64,000 bases of DNA from Patescibacteria group bacterium (GCA_038065355.1 JBBTRC010000007.1:42333-106332), one strand, 5' to 3'. Positions 43,698 through 53,189 are shown, numbered from the stretch's first letter. The notes: generated by a model from the letters alone, not told the origin. A program made the numbers and translations.

Positions 43698-45407
43698 ATG
43701 ACCCAAAGCCAAGCGCTTGATATCCTCAAAACCGGCGCCAATATCTTCCTGACTGGCGAACCGGGCGCCGGCAAGACGCATGTGATCAACCAGTACATCG
43801 CGTGGCTCGAGGCAGCTGGGCTCCACGTCGCGGTGACGGCCTCGACCGGCATCGCCGCCACCCATATCGACGGCATGACCATTCATTCCTGGAGCGGCAT
43901 CGGCATTAAAGACACGCTGTCACCGTACGATCTGGAGTTTATTACGACCAAAGAAACGGTCGTAAAGCGAGTGCGACGCGCGCAGGTCTTAGTGATTGAC
44001 GAAATCTCTATGCTCGACGGGCGCGTGCTCGATATGGTGGATGTAGTATTGCGTACAGTCCGCCAAAAGCCGGAGGCTTTTGGCGGACTGCAGGTGGTAG
44101 TGGTTGGTGACTTCTTCCAGCTACCACCGGTCACAAAGCAAGGCGACGTTATGCGGTATGCCTTTGAGTCGCGGGCATGGGATACACTCAAGCCGCTTAC
44201 GTGCTACATCACCGAGCAGTATCGTCAGGAAGACGAACTTTTGCTCGGGCTACTGGCGTCAATCCGCCGCAATGAAATAGAAGATGATCACTACACACTC
44301 CTACAAGAGCAAACAGAAATTGCCTACGAGCAGATTGAACCAACGCGCTTATATACCCACAACGCCGATGTGGACGCGGTGAACGCCAAAAAACTCGCCG
44401 AGCTACCCGGCGCAGGAAAGATATTTGAAATGCACGGCCGTGGTCGAAAGTCTCTGATCGAAGGGTTGGTAAAAAACTGCCTATCACCCGAACGGCTCAT
44501 ACTAAAAGAAGACGCTATGGTGATGTTTACCAAAAACAATTTTGAAGCCGGCTACGTGAACGGCACGCTTGGGCGCGTGGTGGCTTTTGTGGAAGGTTCG
44601 CCAGTGGTTGAAATCGCTGACGGTACGCGCATTACAGTAGAGACGGAGTCGTGGGAGGTGGTCGAGGATAAGAAAATTCTGGCATCAATTGAGCAACTAC
44701 CGCTTCGCCTCGCCTGGGCGATTACCGTACACAAAAGCCAAGGCATGTCGCTTGACGCCGCTGAAGTTGATCTTTCAAAAGCCTTTGTGTACGGGCAAGG
44801 CTACGTGGCGCTCTCGCGGGTACGTTCGCTCGACGGTCTCAAGGTGCTCGGTATGCATCCGAATGCGCTCCAGGTTGATCCAAAAATTGTTGAACGGGAC
44901 AAAACATTCCGCGGCGATTCAGAAGCGGCAGAGGAGGCTTTTGTCGCCATGGACGAGCGGGAAGTGGCTGACATGCACGAACGGTTTGTGGTAGCCAATG
45001 GCGGAAAACTGCCGAAAGAAGGCGATATTGGGAAGCGGTCGGTGGCCGAACGGGTGCAGGCAGAAAGTACTTTTGCCCACACCAAAAAACTCCTGCTGGA
45101 GAGCAAAGCGGTGGCGCACATTGTACGCTTGCGTTCGCTCACCGAATCAACCGTCTGGGCCCACATTGAAAAGCTTGCCGCTGATGGACAGCTGGCGCTT
45201 GGCGACCTTAAGCATCTTGAGCCAGCCGACATCGACTGGAAGCGTGCGCGCAACGACTTGGACGCGGCCATGATGCAACATGGTACTCTAAAACTCAAAC
45301 CAATTTTTATCGCCTGTGGCGAAAAATATGATTACAACCACGTGCGTCTCGCCCGCACTCAGTTTTTATTAGAAGGCAAACGAGCAAAATCAGAAGATGT
45401 TTTTTGA
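43698..45407 (+). CDS. Pif1/RecD-family (SF1B) DNA helicase with C-terminal winged-HTH-like extension
   Basis: Walker A LTGEPGAGKTHV, motif IVVVGDFFQLPPV, motif ITVHKSQGMSLD. 569 aa. Confidence 0.8.
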   Translation: MTQSQALDILKTGANIFLTGEPGAGKTHVINQYIAWLEAAGLHVAVTASTGIAATHIDGMTIHSWSGIGIKDTLSPYDLEFITTKETVVKRVRRAQVLVIDEISMLDGRVLDMVDVVLRTVRQKPEAFGGLQVVVVGDFFQLPPVTKQGDVMRYAFESRAWDTLKPLTCYITEQYRQEDELLLGLLASIRRNEIEDDHYTLLQEQTEIAYEQIEPTRLYTHNADVDAVNAKKLAELPGAGKIFEMHGRGRKSLIEGLVKNCLSPERLILKEDAMVMFTKNNFEAGYVNGTLGRVVAFVEGSPVVEIADGTRITVETESWEVVEDKKILASIEQLPLRLAWAITVHKSQGMSLDAAEVDLSKAFVYGQGYVALSRVRSLDGLKVLGMHPNALQVDPKIVERDKTFRGDSEAAEEAFVAMDEREVADMHERFVVANGGKLPKEGDIGKRSVAERVQAESTFAHTKKLLLESKAVAHIVRLRSLTESTVWAHIEKLAADGQLALGDLKHLEPADIDWKRARNDLDAAMMQHGTLKLKPIFIACGEKYDYNHVRLARTQFLLEGKRAKSEDVF

Positions 45408-45927
45408 TATGTGGCGCCTTAGAGTAGTGCGCCGCTCTAAGCGGCGACGCACCCGCACTAAAGTTGACGCACACTATCTAGAACACAAAGAAGCGGCGCG
45501 CGAGCTTGTGCTCGCGCGCCTTGCTCACTTCAACCAATACTATGGCTTCTCTTGGAACCGCGTCTCGATCAAAAACCAACGTCGCTCGTGGGGAAGTTGT
45601 TCAGCAAAAAAGAATCTTAATTTTAATTACAAAATCCTCTTCCTGCCGCCTCACTTACAAGATTACATTGTGGTGCACGAGCTTTGTCATCTGATGCACC
45701 TGCACCATCGGCAGGATTTTTGGCACTTAGTGGCCGAGCAAATTCCTGACTACCGAAATTGCAGAAACGAAATAAAAATCATCGACCGGAGCGGCCATCG
45801 CGAGGCCGCCTTCACAGCAGTACTGGCCCGTTATCAATCGTATGCCAAAGAGCCAGCGACGCGACCGACCGGTGCGGCGACCAATTCTCCACGGTCGAGC
45901 GAATTTTCCGCACAAAATGTGGCTTGA
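45397..45927 (+). CDS. DUF45/YgjP-like metal-dependent hydrolase (WLM/M48-like HExxH)
   Basis: YIVVHELCHLMHLHHRQDFWHLVAEQIP matches the DUF45 HExxH...H...FW signature. Confidence 0.65.
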   Translation: MFFDMWRLRVVRRSKRRRTRTKVDAHYLEHKEAARELVLARLAHFNQYYGFSWNRVSIKNQRRSWGSCSAKKNLNFNYKILFLPPHLQDYIVVHELCHLMHLHHRQDFWHLVAEQIPDYRNCRNEIKIIDRSGHREAAFTAVLARYQSYAKEPATRPTGAATNSPRSSEFSAQNVA

Positions 45928-46444
45928 GTTGGTAGTGCTTATATAGACTATTCATAAGTCCCAGATCACCAAAAGAAAACACATCCTTGCGTGCGAGCGA
46001 GAATAGCAAAAACATTTCCGCCGTCCACCGGCCAACGCCGTAGAGCTTGGTGAGCTCGGCAATGACCTCTTCGTCGGTCATATGCACGAAATTCCTTACG
46101 GGAATTTCGTGCCACACCTCCGCATTGTGTTTTAGGTACTGCGTCTTCTTTTCAGACAGTCCACAAGCTTTGAGGGTAGCAAAGTCGGCCGCGAGCACGG
46201 CCTCGGGCGTAAGTTCTTTCAGTAGCGAAACCACTCGCGCTTTTATGGAACGAGCGGCGGCCGTGCTGATCTGTTGGCTGATGATAGAGCTCACAATACT
46301 TCCAAAATACTCGGTTGGTTTTTTTGGTTGCGGGATGGCAATTGGCGCGGTTGCCTCAAGCGAATGCGCGAGCAACCGCGCCATAATCTGGTCGTTTTTC
46401 TTGAAATAGGCGAGAGCGAGAGCCGTATCAACTATTGCAGTCAT
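45812..46444 (-). CDS. HhH-GPD superfamily DNA glycosylase (AlkA / 3-methyladenine glycosylase II-like)
   Basis: HhH LTKLYGVGRWTAEMFLLF followed by the catalytic-Asp region DVFSFGDLGL. C-terminus WSPHRSVASLALW. Confidence 0.75.
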   Translation of the reverse strand: MTAIVDTALALAYFKKNDQIMARLLAHSLEATAPIAIPQPKKPTEYFGSIVSSIISQQISTAAARSIKARVVSLLKELTPEAVLAADFATLKACGLSEKKTQYLKHNAEVWHEIPVRNFVHMTDEEVIAELTKLYGVGRWTAEMFLLFSLARKDVFSFGDLGLMNSLYKHYQLKPHFVRKIRSTVENWSPHRSVASLALWHTIDNGPVLL

Positions 46445-46467
46445 ACCAAGTACTATATACTAGATTT

Positions 46468-47643
46468 ATGGAATTCATCGCCGCGTTTATCGCCTCTTTA
46501 GCCACGTTTTTCGGCCTCGGAAATGTAGACCAAACTCCGCCAGTCTACGTGCCGGATGTGGTAATTGAAGAGAAACTTACCGCCACAACTTCCGCGACCA
46601 CTTCGCCATCGCTACAAACTATGATTGTCGCCGGCGGGTGCTTCTGGTGCGTCGAGGCTGATTTGGAAAAAGTTGAAGGTGTAAAAGAAGTTGTGTCAGG
46701 TTACTCTGGTGGCACTACCGAACATCCGACCTATCAAGATTACAGTGCCGGCGGGCACCGCGAAGCCGTCGAGGTGACCTACGACCCAACCCAAGTTTCG
46801 TTTGAAGATATTTTGATTGTGACGATGAAAACGACCGATCCGACCGACGACGACGGCACGTTTTACGACCGTGGCGATGAGTACTCAGCCGCTTTCTATT
46901 ACGTCACTCCGGAACAAAAAACCATCATAGAAAATCTCATCAAAGAAGTGGACGAACACGGGCCTTACGACAAACCACTCGCCGTTGACGTTGAACCAGC
47001 GGCAACCTTCTGGCCGGCTGAAGACTACCATCAAGATTACTACCAAGGCACTCTGACAAAGTTAAAATACGAGTACTATCGCAACGCCTCCGGCCGCACT
47101 GCGTTTATAGAGAAGTACTGGGGAGCAAATGACCACAGTCCTCGACTGTCCTGGCGAAAAGATGAAACTGCTATCAGTAATAATAAAAAATATATGTGGA
47201 GCAACTATGTAAAACCAAACAAAGAGGAACTTAAGGCCACGTTGACTGACATCGAGTACAAAGTAACTCAAGAAGAGGGGACTGAACGAGCAGGTACGAG
47301 CGATCTCGATAAAAACTACGCTTCTGGCATCTATGTCGACATCCTTTCCGGTGAGCCGCTGTATTCTTCAAAGGATAAATATAATTCAGGCACCGGCTGG
47401 CCTTCATTTGCCAAACCAATTACTCCCGATGCGCTTACTTTGCACGAAGACAGAAAACTTTTCGCAGTCCGCACCGAGACCCGTTCGGCCATTGCTGATA
47501 ACCACCTCGGACATGTGTTTGATGATGGTCCGGCTGATAAAGGCGGCCAGCGCTACTGCATGAATGGTGCCGCGCTTCGCTTCATTCCCAAGGAGGAGAT
47601 GGAAGCTGAAGGATACGGTGACTTTCTTCAGTACGTAGAGTAG
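46468..47643 (+). CDS. msrAB: Exported bifunctional peptide methionine sulfoxide reductase MsrA-MsrB fusion
   Basis: N-terminal hydrophobic anchor. MsrA motif GGCFWCVEA. MsrB domain ...GTGWPSF...RYCMNGAALRF with catalytic Cys. Start uncertain (ORF maximum 46435 is a TTG). Confidence 0.8.
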   Translation: MEFIAAFIASLATFFGLGNVDQTPPVYVPDVVIEEKLTATTSATTSPSLQTMIVAGGCFWCVEADLEKVEGVKEVVSGYSGGTTEHPTYQDYSAGGHREAVEVTYDPTQVSFEDILIVTMKTTDPTDDDGTFYDRGDEYSAAFYYVTPEQKTIIENLIKEVDEHGPYDKPLAVDVEPAATFWPAEDYHQDYYQGTLTKLKYEYYRNASGRTAFIEKYWGANDHSPRLSWRKDETAISNNKKYMWSNYVKPNKEELKATLTDIEYKVTQEEGTERAGTSDLDKNYASGIYVDILSGEPLYSSKDKYNSGTGWPSFAKPITPDALTLHEDRKLFAVRTETRSAIADNHLGHVFDDGPADKGGQRYCMNGAALRFIPKEEMEAEGYGDFLQYVE

Positions 47644-47649
47644 GTACAA

Positions 47650-47687
47650 AGACGCCCGCGATCAGAAATGGTCGCGGGCGTTTTTTC
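47650..47687 (+). terminator. Rho-independent terminator after msrAB
   Basis: ACGCCCGCGA-TCAGAAATGG-TCGCGGGCGT followed by TTTTTT. Confidence 0.75.
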
Positions 47688-47689
47688 CA

Positions 47690-47965
47690 TCACCACCACT
47701 CGTCGCCGTAAACCCGCACCATTAGAGAGGCTATCCACAAACCAGCGATAAAGCAAGCAAGTATGGAAGCTCCTAGTGCGTACAGCATACGAAAATGATA
47801 GGCAATGACTGTGGGATCTGCGCTGTCTGGTCGCGGAAACTTCTCTATCAAGAGCCAGATTTGTGAGCCAGCGGCGAGCGCACACAAAGCTATGCACGCG
47901 AAGTACGCCAGACGATAGACCCATACGTACTCGAACTCGACCCGACCCCTATCCGCAATGTACAT
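47690..47965 (-). CDS. Hypothetical small membrane protein (2-3 TM)
   Basis: 91 aa, hydrophobic. An overlapping alternative frame 47628..47924 also exists, so the choice is uncertain. Confidence 0.3.
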   Translation of the reverse strand: MYIADRGRVEFEYVWVYRLAYFACIALCALAAGSQIWLLIEKFPRPDSADPTVIAYHFRMLYALGASILACFIAGLWIASLMVRVYGDEWW

Positions 47966-48010
47966 AATTTACCTCCAAAGCTGTCGAATCTTTATCATAT
48001 ATTAAGTGTT

Positions 48011-49261
48011 ATGTCAACGAATTTCTGCTGTGTTAGCATATCGGGTATGAAATCAAGGTTGATAGCCGCGACCATCGTGCTCGTGACATTTTTGGGGGTA
48101 TTGTTTCCAGTAACAGCTGGCTACGCGCAATCGGACGCACCCACTGTCTACATGTTTGGCCGTGACGATTGCGGTTTTTGTAAGAAACAATTTGCCTACT
48201 TGCAAAAAGAAGGCATCAACTACGAATATTTAAATGTAGTGACCGACGATGAGGCGAAGCGGCTTTACGATGAAATCACCGCCAAACACGAAATTTCAAA
48301 AGTGACGCCAGTCACGGTGATTGGTGAACGCGTCCTCGTTGGTTTTAACGGTGCAGAAACAACCGGCCAGGCGATTAAAGAGTCGATTGACGCGGCGCGC
48401 GCCTCGGATATCCGTACGCTCGAAGACCACCTGCTGCGCGCGCCGCGTCAAAGCGTCTCGGACGCTGGCAGCTGTACCGACCTCGAGTGCGAAGCTGGCA
48501 CCGGGCAGTTTGTATTTGAACTCCCGTTTCTTGGTATCGTTGATTTACAAACTTTCTCGCTGTTTACCCTATCAGCGGTGCTCGGTGTGATCGACGGTTT
48601 CAACCCGTGCGCGATGTGGGTCTTGATCACCTTTCTTGTTATTCTCTCGCAAGCTGGCAGCAAACAGAAGATGATTTTCTTGGCGGGAGTTTTCATTCTA
48701 GCCGAAGCCATCATGTACAACCTGATCCTCAATGTCTGGTACAAGACGTGGGACTTTGTCGCGCTTGATCAGTACGTCACTCCGCTCGTTGGCTTTCTGG
48801 CGCTCGGCGGGGGAGCCTTCTTCCTGTGGCGTTGGCACAAAAACAAAGATGCGACTCTGGTCTGCGATATCACCGACTTAGACACGCAAGCAAAAACTAT
48901 CAACAAACTCAAAGCCGTAGTCAGCCAACCGATCACGGTCGCGTCTATTCTGGCAATTCTTCTCATCGCCTTCTCAGTCAACATTATCGAGTTTGCCTGC
49001 TCCATTGGTATTCCACAAGCGTATACAAAGATTCTTGAATTGAACGTACTGTCATTTTTCGAACGACAGTTCTACATTTTTATCTATACGCTTGGCTACA
49101 TGGTCGACGATTTCGTTGTTTTTGGTCTGGCCATTTGGGGTTATTCAAAACTACAAGCGCACGGTGGCAAGTATGCGCAACTTTCACTCCTCATTGGCGG
49201 CATCTTGATGCTGCTTCTTGGCGCGCTTCTCATACTGAGTCCAGACGCGCTGGTGTTGTAA
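48011..49261 (+). CDS. Thioredoxin/glutaredoxin-fold domain fused to CcdA/DsbD-like integral membrane thiol-disulfide transporter domain
   Basis: N-terminal TM, then Trx-like domain with CGFC (YMFGRDDCGFCKKQF). Membrane domain has Cys in TM helices (GFNPCAMW, IEFACSIG) as in the CcdA/DsbD family. Adjacent to exported MsrAB. Start may be the Met at 48047. Confidence 0.5.
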   Translation: MSTNFCCVSISGMKSRLIAATIVLVTFLGVLFPVTAGYAQSDAPTVYMFGRDDCGFCKKQFAYLQKEGINYEYLNVVTDDEAKRLYDEITAKHEISKVTPVTVIGERVLVGFNGAETTGQAIKESIDAARASDIRTLEDHLLRAPRQSVSDAGSCTDLECEAGTGQFVFELPFLGIVDLQTFSLFTLSAVLGVIDGFNPCAMWVLITFLVILSQAGSKQKMIFLAGVFILAEAIMYNLILNVWYKTWDFVALDQYVTPLVGFLALGGGAFFLWRWHKNKDATLVCDITDLDTQAKTINKLKAVVSQPITVASILAILLIAFSVNIIEFACSIGIPQAYTKILELNVLSFFERQFYIFIYTLGYMVDDFVVFGLAIWGYSKLQAHGGKYAQLSLLIGGILMLLLGALLILSPDALVL

Positions 49262-49264
49262 CAA

Positions 49265-49330
49265 AAAAGCCCACCGAAATGCGAACGTAATTCATTTATA
49301 GAAGTTGGTTCTAATTAAGGTGGGCTTTTT
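49265..49330. terminator. Long-range hairpin (12-bp stem AAAAAGCCCACC/GGTGGGCTTTTT, ~42-nt loop), bidirectional terminator-like
   Basis: A-run/T-run embedded in the stem, positioned between convergent genes. Confidence 0.45.
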
Positions 49331-49341
49331 CTAGCCTACCC

Positions 49342-49587
49342 TCAAATTTTCCAAAGTTTGAATCCCGAGTAACTCGAGACAAAAGCGATGACGGGTGACG
49401 CAATTAAGAGGCGCGTCGTAAACACCGTTTCGTCGCTCAAGATGTAGATCCCGTGTTCGGGGTCAATCATGAGGACAAGTGACAAGAACGCAAAGAATGC
49501 GCCAAGCACCAACGCCGGAACTGAGAGTAGCTTGATGATGATTTTCCAAGTCGGAATCACATCACCAGTGCTAGAGATGATGGTCAT
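49342..49587 (-). CDS. Hypothetical small membrane protein
   Basis: 81 aa, two hydrophobic helices. Confidence 0.3.
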   Translation of the reverse strand: MTIISSTGDVIPTWKIIIKLLSVPALVLGAFFAFLSLVLMIDPEHGIYILSDETVFTTRLLIASPVIAFVSSYSGFKLWKI

Positions 49588-49694
49588 TTCTGACCTCCTT
49601 TCAAAGGACTGTTACCAAGTAATTATACACAAATCAAAAATATTGTCAATAGTACTGGTGGGTGCTGGAAATACTATGATACATAAGTATTTAT

Positions 49695-50375
49695 ATGGCC
49701 GTACCATTGCCTGAGTTGCTACTCATAGACAAACCCGCCGGTATCACTTCGATGGATGTTATTCGTCGGCTGCGGCGGTTGACCGGTGTCCGCAAAATGG
49801 GCCACGCGGGCACGCTTGATCCGCTGGCGACTGGACTTATGCTGATTGGTGTCGAAAAGGGCACCAAACGGCTCACTGAACTGGTGAAACTAGATAAAGA
49901 ATATCTGGCCGAAGTACGAATCGGCGAGTCGCGCACGACGGGGGATTTGGAAGGAGACATTGTCGAAACCAAGGAGATGACAGAATTGGAAGAACAGAGC
50001 ATTGCTGACACGCTCTCCACTATGGTCGGTGAGATTGAGTTGCCGGTGTCGGCGTACAGTGCGATTAAAAAAGACGGAGTGCCGATGTACAAAAGAGCTA
50101 GACAGGCGGCAAAACAGGGAGAAATGGTGGATGAATTACCAGTGCGAAAAATGAAAGTGTACGAAGCAGAGTTGTTACGCTATGAAATTGGTGACGGAAG
50201 AGCGGTGGCAACCGTCCGTTTTGCCGTCGGAAGCGGTACGTACATTCGCTCGCTGGCGGAAGAACTCGGTCGTCGCCTGGGGTATCCAGCGACTTTGCAA
50301 AACTTGCGCCGGACGAAGGTGGGGGAGTTTCGTATCGAAGACGCCAAGCAGATTGAAGATTTTAAAAAAGAATAG
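49695..50375 (+). CDS. truB: tRNA pseudouridine(55) synthase TruB (no PUA extension)
   Basis: LLLIDKPAGITSMDVIRRLRRL...GHAGTLDPLATGLMLIGV with catalytic Asp in GTLDP. Confidence 0.9.
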   Translation: MAVPLPELLLIDKPAGITSMDVIRRLRRLTGVRKMGHAGTLDPLATGLMLIGVEKGTKRLTELVKLDKEYLAEVRIGESRTTGDLEGDIVETKEMTELEEQSIADTLSTMVGEIELPVSAYSAIKKDGVPMYKRARQAAKQGEMVDELPVRKMKVYEAELLRYEIGDGRAVATVRFAVGSGTYIRSLAEELGRRLGYPATLQNLRRTKVGEFRIEDAKQIEDFKKE

Positions 50376-50405
50376 CCGCGCGCTGACATACGTCAGGCGC
50401 GCGGC
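50375..50405 (-). terminator. GC hairpin terminator serving minus-strand gene 50412..50702 (possibly bidirectional)
   Basis: GCCGCGCGCTGAC-ATAC-GTCAGGCGCGCGGC, A-run on the plus side. Confidence 0.55.
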
Positions 50406-50411
50406 CGTAAG

Positions 50412-50702
50412 CTATCGTTGACTCGGCGCAACTCGCCGCCGTTGGAACAAAATCGCGGCGGACATGAACGCATCGAGTTGATGTTGTGTCGTTCGGTCGG
50501 TAGCCTTTATGGTCACGGTGCCTTCCTCGTTTGTGACCTCAAGCTTTCCATTAAAGAACGTCTGAAGTGCCGCGAGATGCCGACCTTCCACATCGGCGCC
50601 TCGGGCCGTCCAGATAAAATTCTCGTCTACAGCGGGGTGGTTTTTAACGTTGCTCAAGAGTTGACTCCTTAGATTTGCAAAACGGTTGAAAACCACCACC
50701 AT
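50412..50702 (-). CDS. Hypothetical protein
   Basis: 96-aa ORF with terminator. No recognisable domain. Confidence 0.35.
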   Translation of the reverse strand: MVVVFNRFANLRSQLLSNVKNHPAVDENFIWTARGADVEGRHLAALQTFFNGKLEVTNEEGTVTIKATDRTTQHQLDAFMSAAILFQRRRVAPSQR

Positions 50703-50780
50703 ACACCCACTACATTAAAGCATAAGTCATCATGTTTGTAAAGAAGTAAAGAAAACCGCCGACGATAGTATCGTGGGCGG

Positions 50781-51062
50781 TCAAAGTAGGTTGAGTTGTT
50801 TGGCTTTTTCTTTGCGTCGCTGTCCTCTTTTGTCCGCTTTGGCATGCCTTTCGCGCGCGTAAGTTTTCAATCGAGTACTCAGCTCGTTTGTAAGTGCAGC
50901 CAGCTTGTCGTTTGCCAATCCGTCTATTTGATATGTACTGACGGTCGATGAAAGCGCAAGAAACTCTCGAGCAATTTGCCACGAGTATTTTTCCCAAGAA
51001 TTTGGGAATTTACTACAGTGAGGCAAATATTTAATGAGTCGCTTGAATAGTTCCTCATCCAT
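50781..51062 (-). CDS. Hypothetical protein with basic C-terminal tail
   Basis: 93 aa. 8-nt overlap with the upstream ORF (translational coupling). Overlapping alternative frame 50710..50997 rejected. Confidence 0.3.
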   Translation of the reverse strand: MDEELFKRLIKYLPHCSKFPNSWEKYSWQIAREFLALSSTVSTYQIDGLANDKLAALTNELSTRLKTYARERHAKADKRGQRRKEKAKQLNLL

Positions 51063-51450
51063 CTCGCGCCCCGCGACACTTGATGAATGCGGACAGCTTT
51101 GGCAGCAAAGCCATCACTTCCTTCAAATGCTCTCCTCGTTCTCGAAGATCCGCCAAAGCTTTCCCTTTGTGATCAACTAACGCCCGGCAGGTGGGGTCCC
51201 CGAAGGAACTCACATGAAAGCACGAAGTAGTGCCAAAACCACGTCGCGTCAGCCAGAGTTCGTTACAAACAACATCAAACGACGCAGACCAACGGTCGTC
51301 GTCGCGAAGCTTCTGCCAGCGATTGTTGTTGCGAGCGACAACGCTTTTACGTAGGCGCTCCAATGCTTCTTCGAGCGCAGTCGGTTCACCAAGCTCGTTT
51401 TTTGCGATCAAGGCTCTGTCGACGAAGTCGACTTCAAATAATGTGGCCAT
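51055..51450 (-). CDS. Hypothetical protein (Cys/His-containing)
   Basis: 131 aa, ...TSCFHVSSFGDPTCRALVDHKG... No known motif recognised. Confidence 0.35.
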   Translation of the reverse strand: MATLFEVDFVDRALIAKNELGEPTALEEALERLRKSVVARNNNRWQKLRDDDRWSASFDVVCNELWLTRRGFGTTSCFHVSSFGDPTCRALVDHKGKALADLRERGEHLKEVMALLPKLSAFIKCRGARDG

Positions 51451-51512
51451 TCGAACTCTCCCTATGTTGAAGGTTCACCTTCCGTATTTATACCACAAAT
51501 ACTTAAAAAAGT

Positions 51513-51731
51513 CTACTTGTCCTCCTCTGGCACATTGCCATCTTCTGGAATCCGGCCGTCTGGATCTACTATGTGGTAGTTGGCATCCGTGCCCATACGA
51601 ACGGCTTCATAAGCCACTTGTGTCTCCGACGGCAGGGTCACCTCGTCGATGGACTTTTCTTCAACCCCATTTTCTACGATGGCGTCAGGGTTTTCGGGAG
51701 AGGTTTTCTTTCCAAAAAATTCTTTGAACAT
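51513..51731 (-). CDS. Small acidic hypothetical protein
   Basis: 72 aa, rich in Glu/Asp/Pro. Confidence 0.3.
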   Translation of the reverse strand: MFKEFFGKKTSPENPDAIVENGVEEKSIDEVTLPSETQVAYEAVRMGTDANYHIVDPDGRIPEDGNVPEEDK

Positions 51732-51750
51732 AACGTGTGCTACTTATTAT

Positions 51751-52203
51751 CTAAAATAATGATTCGACGACCGCTTTGACATCGCCGCCGTCAGCTTTGC
51801 CAGCGAGCTCTTTCATGGCTGCGCCGACCAGCATACCCATTTTACTCTTGTCGGTAATGCCAAGCTCGGCCTTTTTTGCTTCGACAATCGGACGGATCTC
51901 TTCCTGGCTCATGAGGGTAGGGAGGTAGCTCTCGAGGACGGCTAATTCGGCTTTTTCTGGATCGGCGAGGTCAGTGCGGCCGGCCGCTTCGTACTGCACA
52001 ATTGACTCCTTTCTTTGTTTGGCAAGTCGTTTAATGACTCCGAGTACTTCTTCGTCTTTCAGTATTTCTTGCGGCGTGCGCTTAGTGGCGACTAATTCAT
52101 TGGTAAAGGCGGTCAGCATGCTACGAACGGTGCGCAACTTCACCTCCTGCTTGGCTTTCATGGCTTCTTTCAGCTCGCCTTTGATGGATTCGTGTAGGGT
52201 CAT
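51751..52203 (-). CDS. GatB/YqeY domain-containing protein
   Basis: Collinear with YqeY: LKEAMKAKQEVKLRTVRSMLTAF...LAKQRKESIVQYEAAGRTDLA...ELGITDKSKMGMLVGAAMK. Confidence 0.8.
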   Translation of the reverse strand: MTLHESIKGELKEAMKAKQEVKLRTVRSMLTAFTNELVATKRTPQEILKDEEVLGVIKRLAKQRKESIVQYEAAGRTDLADPEKAELAVLESYLPTLMSQEEIRPIVEAKKAELGITDKSKMGMLVGAAMKELAGKADGGDVKAVVESLF

Positions 52204-52263
52204 ATAAACGATTTTAACACAAAAACCTCCCGACGTTGTCCGTCGGGAGGCGTTGGTGGTTTG

Positions 52264-53073
52264 TTAGTCCCAACCTAATGCTCGTTCGATTGCCGCGTCA
52301 ACATATCGAACGAGGAAGATGAACATATCGTAGAGGAAGTGTATCAGGATTGCTACCAGTAGCCCGTGCTGAAACATGATCAAGAAAAGGAGCATTCCGA
52401 TGAACCATGAGTTCACAAACCCCAAGAGTCCCTGATAGCGGTGACCGTTTCGAAACATACCGTTTGAAACAATCACCGCACTTCCGACCGCCCAGCCGTA
52501 GCCATTGAACAAGATATGTTCGAGTAGGCCAAGCGTACTTAGGTTTGCAATTGGACCAACAACGCTGGTGTAGAGCCAGCTGTAGATCCCAAAGGTCACG
52601 ATATTAAGAACGTACACCCACGGAACTGCTATAAAGAAGAGAAGCCACCGAAAGATGATCTCCTCAAAGACCCCGGCCATTAAACTAAGAGCAAAGCCCT
52701 TCGAGAGAAACTGTTCAGCATCACGGTTGAGACGCGCTTCATTTCTAGTCAGGATCGAGACAATCGTTGTCAACCCGGCTCCCCAGGCAAAAAGCGGCCA
52801 CGCTTGAATGATCGGTTCAAAACTCAACTTTGGTATCACCCAAAACTCAAATAGTCGAAACGGAATTATGTTTGGTGCGAGCAGTTCGACGAACGAAACA
52901 ACACCAAACAAAACAATCGTTTCAATAGCCAGCAACACAGTGCGCTCGTGGACATCCACTCGGTCGAGGATTACTTTTGGTAAATACCGTTCGAGTGCGT
53001 GCGCAACGCGTTCTTGGGCGCCGCGATAGTGACGAGGATCGTTTGTACAGTCATCAGAAAAAGACGTTTGCAC
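52264..53073 (-). CDS. CPBP family intramembrane metalloprotease (CAAX protease-like)
   Basis: EEIIFRWLLF (EExxxR motif 1), later conserved His motifs, polytopic. Confidence 0.6.
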   Translation of the reverse strand: MQTSFSDDCTNDPRHYRGAQERVAHALERYLPKVILDRVDVHERTVLLAIETIVLFGVVSFVELLAPNIIPFRLFEFWVIPKLSFEPIIQAWPLFAWGAGLTTIVSILTRNEARLNRDAEQFLSKGFALSLMAGVFEEIIFRWLLFFIAVPWVYVLNIVTFGIYSWLYTSVVGPIANLSTLGLLEHILFNGYGWAVGSAVIVSNGMFRNGHRYQGLLGFVNSWFIGMLLFLIMFQHGLLVAILIHFLYDMFIFLVRYVDAAIERALGWD

Positions 53074-53189
53074 AGATGCACTCCCTTCGTATCAGGTGTG
53101 GTTTTTCTACAAAAATAATAACAATTAAAATGACTTTGTCAATATCTTAAAAAAGGGATGTACAAGGTACATGATATGATAGTCACACT

